Made by a program: the position numbers and the translations under genes
The notes under the pieces: model-generated
Told to the model about the DNA's origin: nothing
What the model saw: only the letters and a program-made list of their open reading frames with translations
Database searches by the model: none
Shown: piece by piece, positions 49,692-51,925 of the stretch
Numbering within the stretch: the stretch's first letter is position 1
How the letters are laid out: each line of letters opens with the position of its first letter
Assembly (NCBI GenBank): GCA_038496445.1
Contig: JALMLS010000331.1
Location: forward strand, 1-51,925
Length of the DNA stretch: 51,925 bases
Direction of reading: 5' to 3'
Origin: Trichosphaerium sp. ATCC 40318
Taxonomy: Eukaryota; Protista; Tubulinea

Positions 49692-51925
49692 TCAATTACA
49701 TTCGAGGGTTTGGACTTGCATCATTCCTTGTCGAGGAATAACTAAGCGAGGGTGAGTTGAAATAGTCCAAAAAAAAAAACCAACTAGGCACCTCCATCCT
49801 GATGATTTTCAGGCGGATTTATCAATGGTTTTGCTCCTGGCTTGACTTTAATAGGTGTGTCTGGATGATAAAAACTTATTGTGGCTGCTAAACTATCAAG
49901 ATCGCCTTCCCACCAATATGGTACATGTACCAAATAAACACCTGAAAGTAATAACAATAAGTCATTGTGTACAAATACCTCAAAAATGTTTTTACCATAT
50001 TGCTTGCATCTTCGTGACTTCTCTACATCTCTCCATGCAAATACATTAGTTGGCTGTTCGTGTTTGAATAGATCGTAGTAATGGTGTTCACCTTAAGTGA
50101 GGGTAAGGAGAATGATAAAGTTGAGGAAAACTTGAACACAATTAAAAAAAAAGTTTACCTTGGTATTCAATCGCCAGGTTGTATTTAGGCACGAATATAT
50201 CAAAGCTTAATAAAATACCAGAGTTTCTATACCCTAACATATGTTCCTCTTCAATGCGTTCTCCAGGGAACAACATTTTTACACTGTAGACTAGAAGTCT
50301 AATAGTAAAGAATTAACAACAAGAGAAACGAAGAAACAAAGTAAACCAAAAAAACAAAGCACCTCTGAGCAGCTTTTTTAGAACGATAAGAAAAGTTCCT
50401 CCATTTCCAATTAACACCAGGATATATTGTTTGAAGAACTTGAGGGAAGTAAGGTAAAATACCTTTACCGTTCAAGCTGGAAAATTGCTTAGCAGAGATA
50501 CGATACCTTAAAGGGAAATCAGGTGTTACAAAGAAAGAAGTTTTTCGGACCATTTACTAGGCTCGCTAATGTTATACACACGCTCCATATTTGTCAGGAA
50601 GCCTTTGACATTTATTCCATCCTGCCAATAACCCCTTGGTACTGTAAGACGACGTCTAGAGAAAGAATTAAAAAGACATTTTATAAAAATAAAAAAAGTT
50701 GCGATGTTTGATGTTTAACATACTTAAACATGGTTTCTCGCCAGTTATACGATGGATACAATGTCTTCAAGGTATCGAAGTAGGAGTTCTTATATCTAAA
50801 GGATCCTTAGACCAATACTTGTTACGATAAAGCAAAAATAAAGAACATACTTTGATTTAACCAGATAAGAAATACCAAGAGAGACACTCTGTTCTGCACT
50901 TATATCACACCAAGCATCGAATGTTTTGATACCAATATTCTGACCAACTTCATCAAGCATATCACGTTGATTTAATTGATTATCCCAATGATGAGAAGGT
51001 GCACGTCTGTTTGGAAACAAGAAATTAGGCAAAACAATTAACCAAAAAAAACTCAAACAACGCACAAGAAATTGCCTGGCACCCAAGCATGCTCAGGATA
51101 TAGCGCATTTAGCATCTCTACAACACCTCCTCTATATCTATAGACAATATATTTTAAAAATACACTTTAAAGAATGCTATAATGCCGTACTTGCGAAGAA
51201 TACTTGCTAGACCTGCTTTCTGAAAATGTGGTACACCAGTACCATGCCAATCATCAAGAGTTTTAATATTCAGCTTCCACGCTGCCTTGTTCAGGAGTTT
51301 CCGTTGAGCTTGTATAAAATAATCGGGAGCACTCTTAAGCTTAAATGATTGCCATCGTACTGAAGGGTATACAGCATTAAACAGAGATACCATTGAACGA
51401 TTATGCCTAACGATCGTTGAAGTGTTAGTTTTCGCGTTTTTTTCTCACTTAGAAAACACGTGGTAGAACAATAAAATATTAAGAATATATACTTACTTTG
51501 CTAGTATTGCTGTACCATTTGGTTGCTGCAAAATATCCTTTTTATCAACGAGATACCAATCACTAAGAATCTTAATATTCAAAGTCATACCAATTTCATC
51601 CAGTCTCATGCGTAAATTATCAACCGACTCCCAATGACCCATCGGTGCACACCTATCAATACTTAAGCTCAAGAGCTTCTAAACTCATTAGTGTACCTAA
51701 ATCGCCATACTTCCCATGGATAATCAGGAAAGAGCGAAGAGAGCATACGAGAGAGCGAATTATCATATCTAATTCGAACAATTAGTTGCATGAAAAAAAA
51801 TCATCTGTTGACAAAGAACTCGTACCTGTACACTAAAATCGAACCAAACCCGAACTCATGTAATCAAACAAAACAATAAAGAAAAAAAGACAGAAATTAT
51901 TTTAGTTTAATTGTTTAACATGTTT
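49692..51925 (-). CDS. Tandem ~70-aa repeat protein with C-terminal PD-(D/E)XK-like (RAP/DUF559/Vsr-like) nuclease-fold domain; 5' end lies outside the window
   Basis: Repeats of the form HWxxxxNxRxxLDEIGxxLNIKxLxDWYxVxxxD..G..SLxxxLxxxYPxxxW. C-terminal LSFDIFVPKYNLAIEYQ|GEHHYY..RDVEKSRRCKQY|GVYLVHVPYWW. The last exon is uncertain. Confidence 0.75.

Overview
AT-rich, gene-dense nuclear DNA from an intron-rich microbial eukaryote. The kinase types and repeat families suggest an amoebozoan, but that is an inference. The standard genetic code fits. Introns are mostly 40-150 nt with GTACGT/GTAAGT donors, so the ORF track only shows fragments, and I assembled the genes by hand across splice sites. 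Intact spliced genes: a UBA-domain tyrosine-kinase-like protein, a receptor tyrosine kinase-like protein, a 2OG-Fe(II) oxygenase, a FAAP24-like protein, a BAH+DUF4211 protein, a DRAM/TMEM150 membrane protein, a Cdc15/SepH-like MAP3K, an Elongin C/Skp1-fold + Elongin A-like + LRR fusion, a HIG1-domain protein, a PHD-winged-helix + chromo-shadow + LSD1-zinc-finger protein, a vWA protein, and a partial repeat + PD-(D/E)XK-like protein. There is also one tRNA-Lys(UUU). Between these lie decaying F-box, LRR and MORN-repeat genes resembling families expanded in amoebal giant viruses, other pseudogene fragments, a ~2 kb foldback-like element built from palindromic GGTATA repeats, and a MITE-like inverted repeat. 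Most notable: the Elongin C-Elongin A-LRR fusion, the foldback element, U12-type intron signatures, a 6-nt microexon just after a kinase catalytic loop, a 22-bp pre-miRNA-like hairpin in an unusually long intron, and a strong excess of CACGTG. All domain calls come from recognising motifs by eye; no searches were run.
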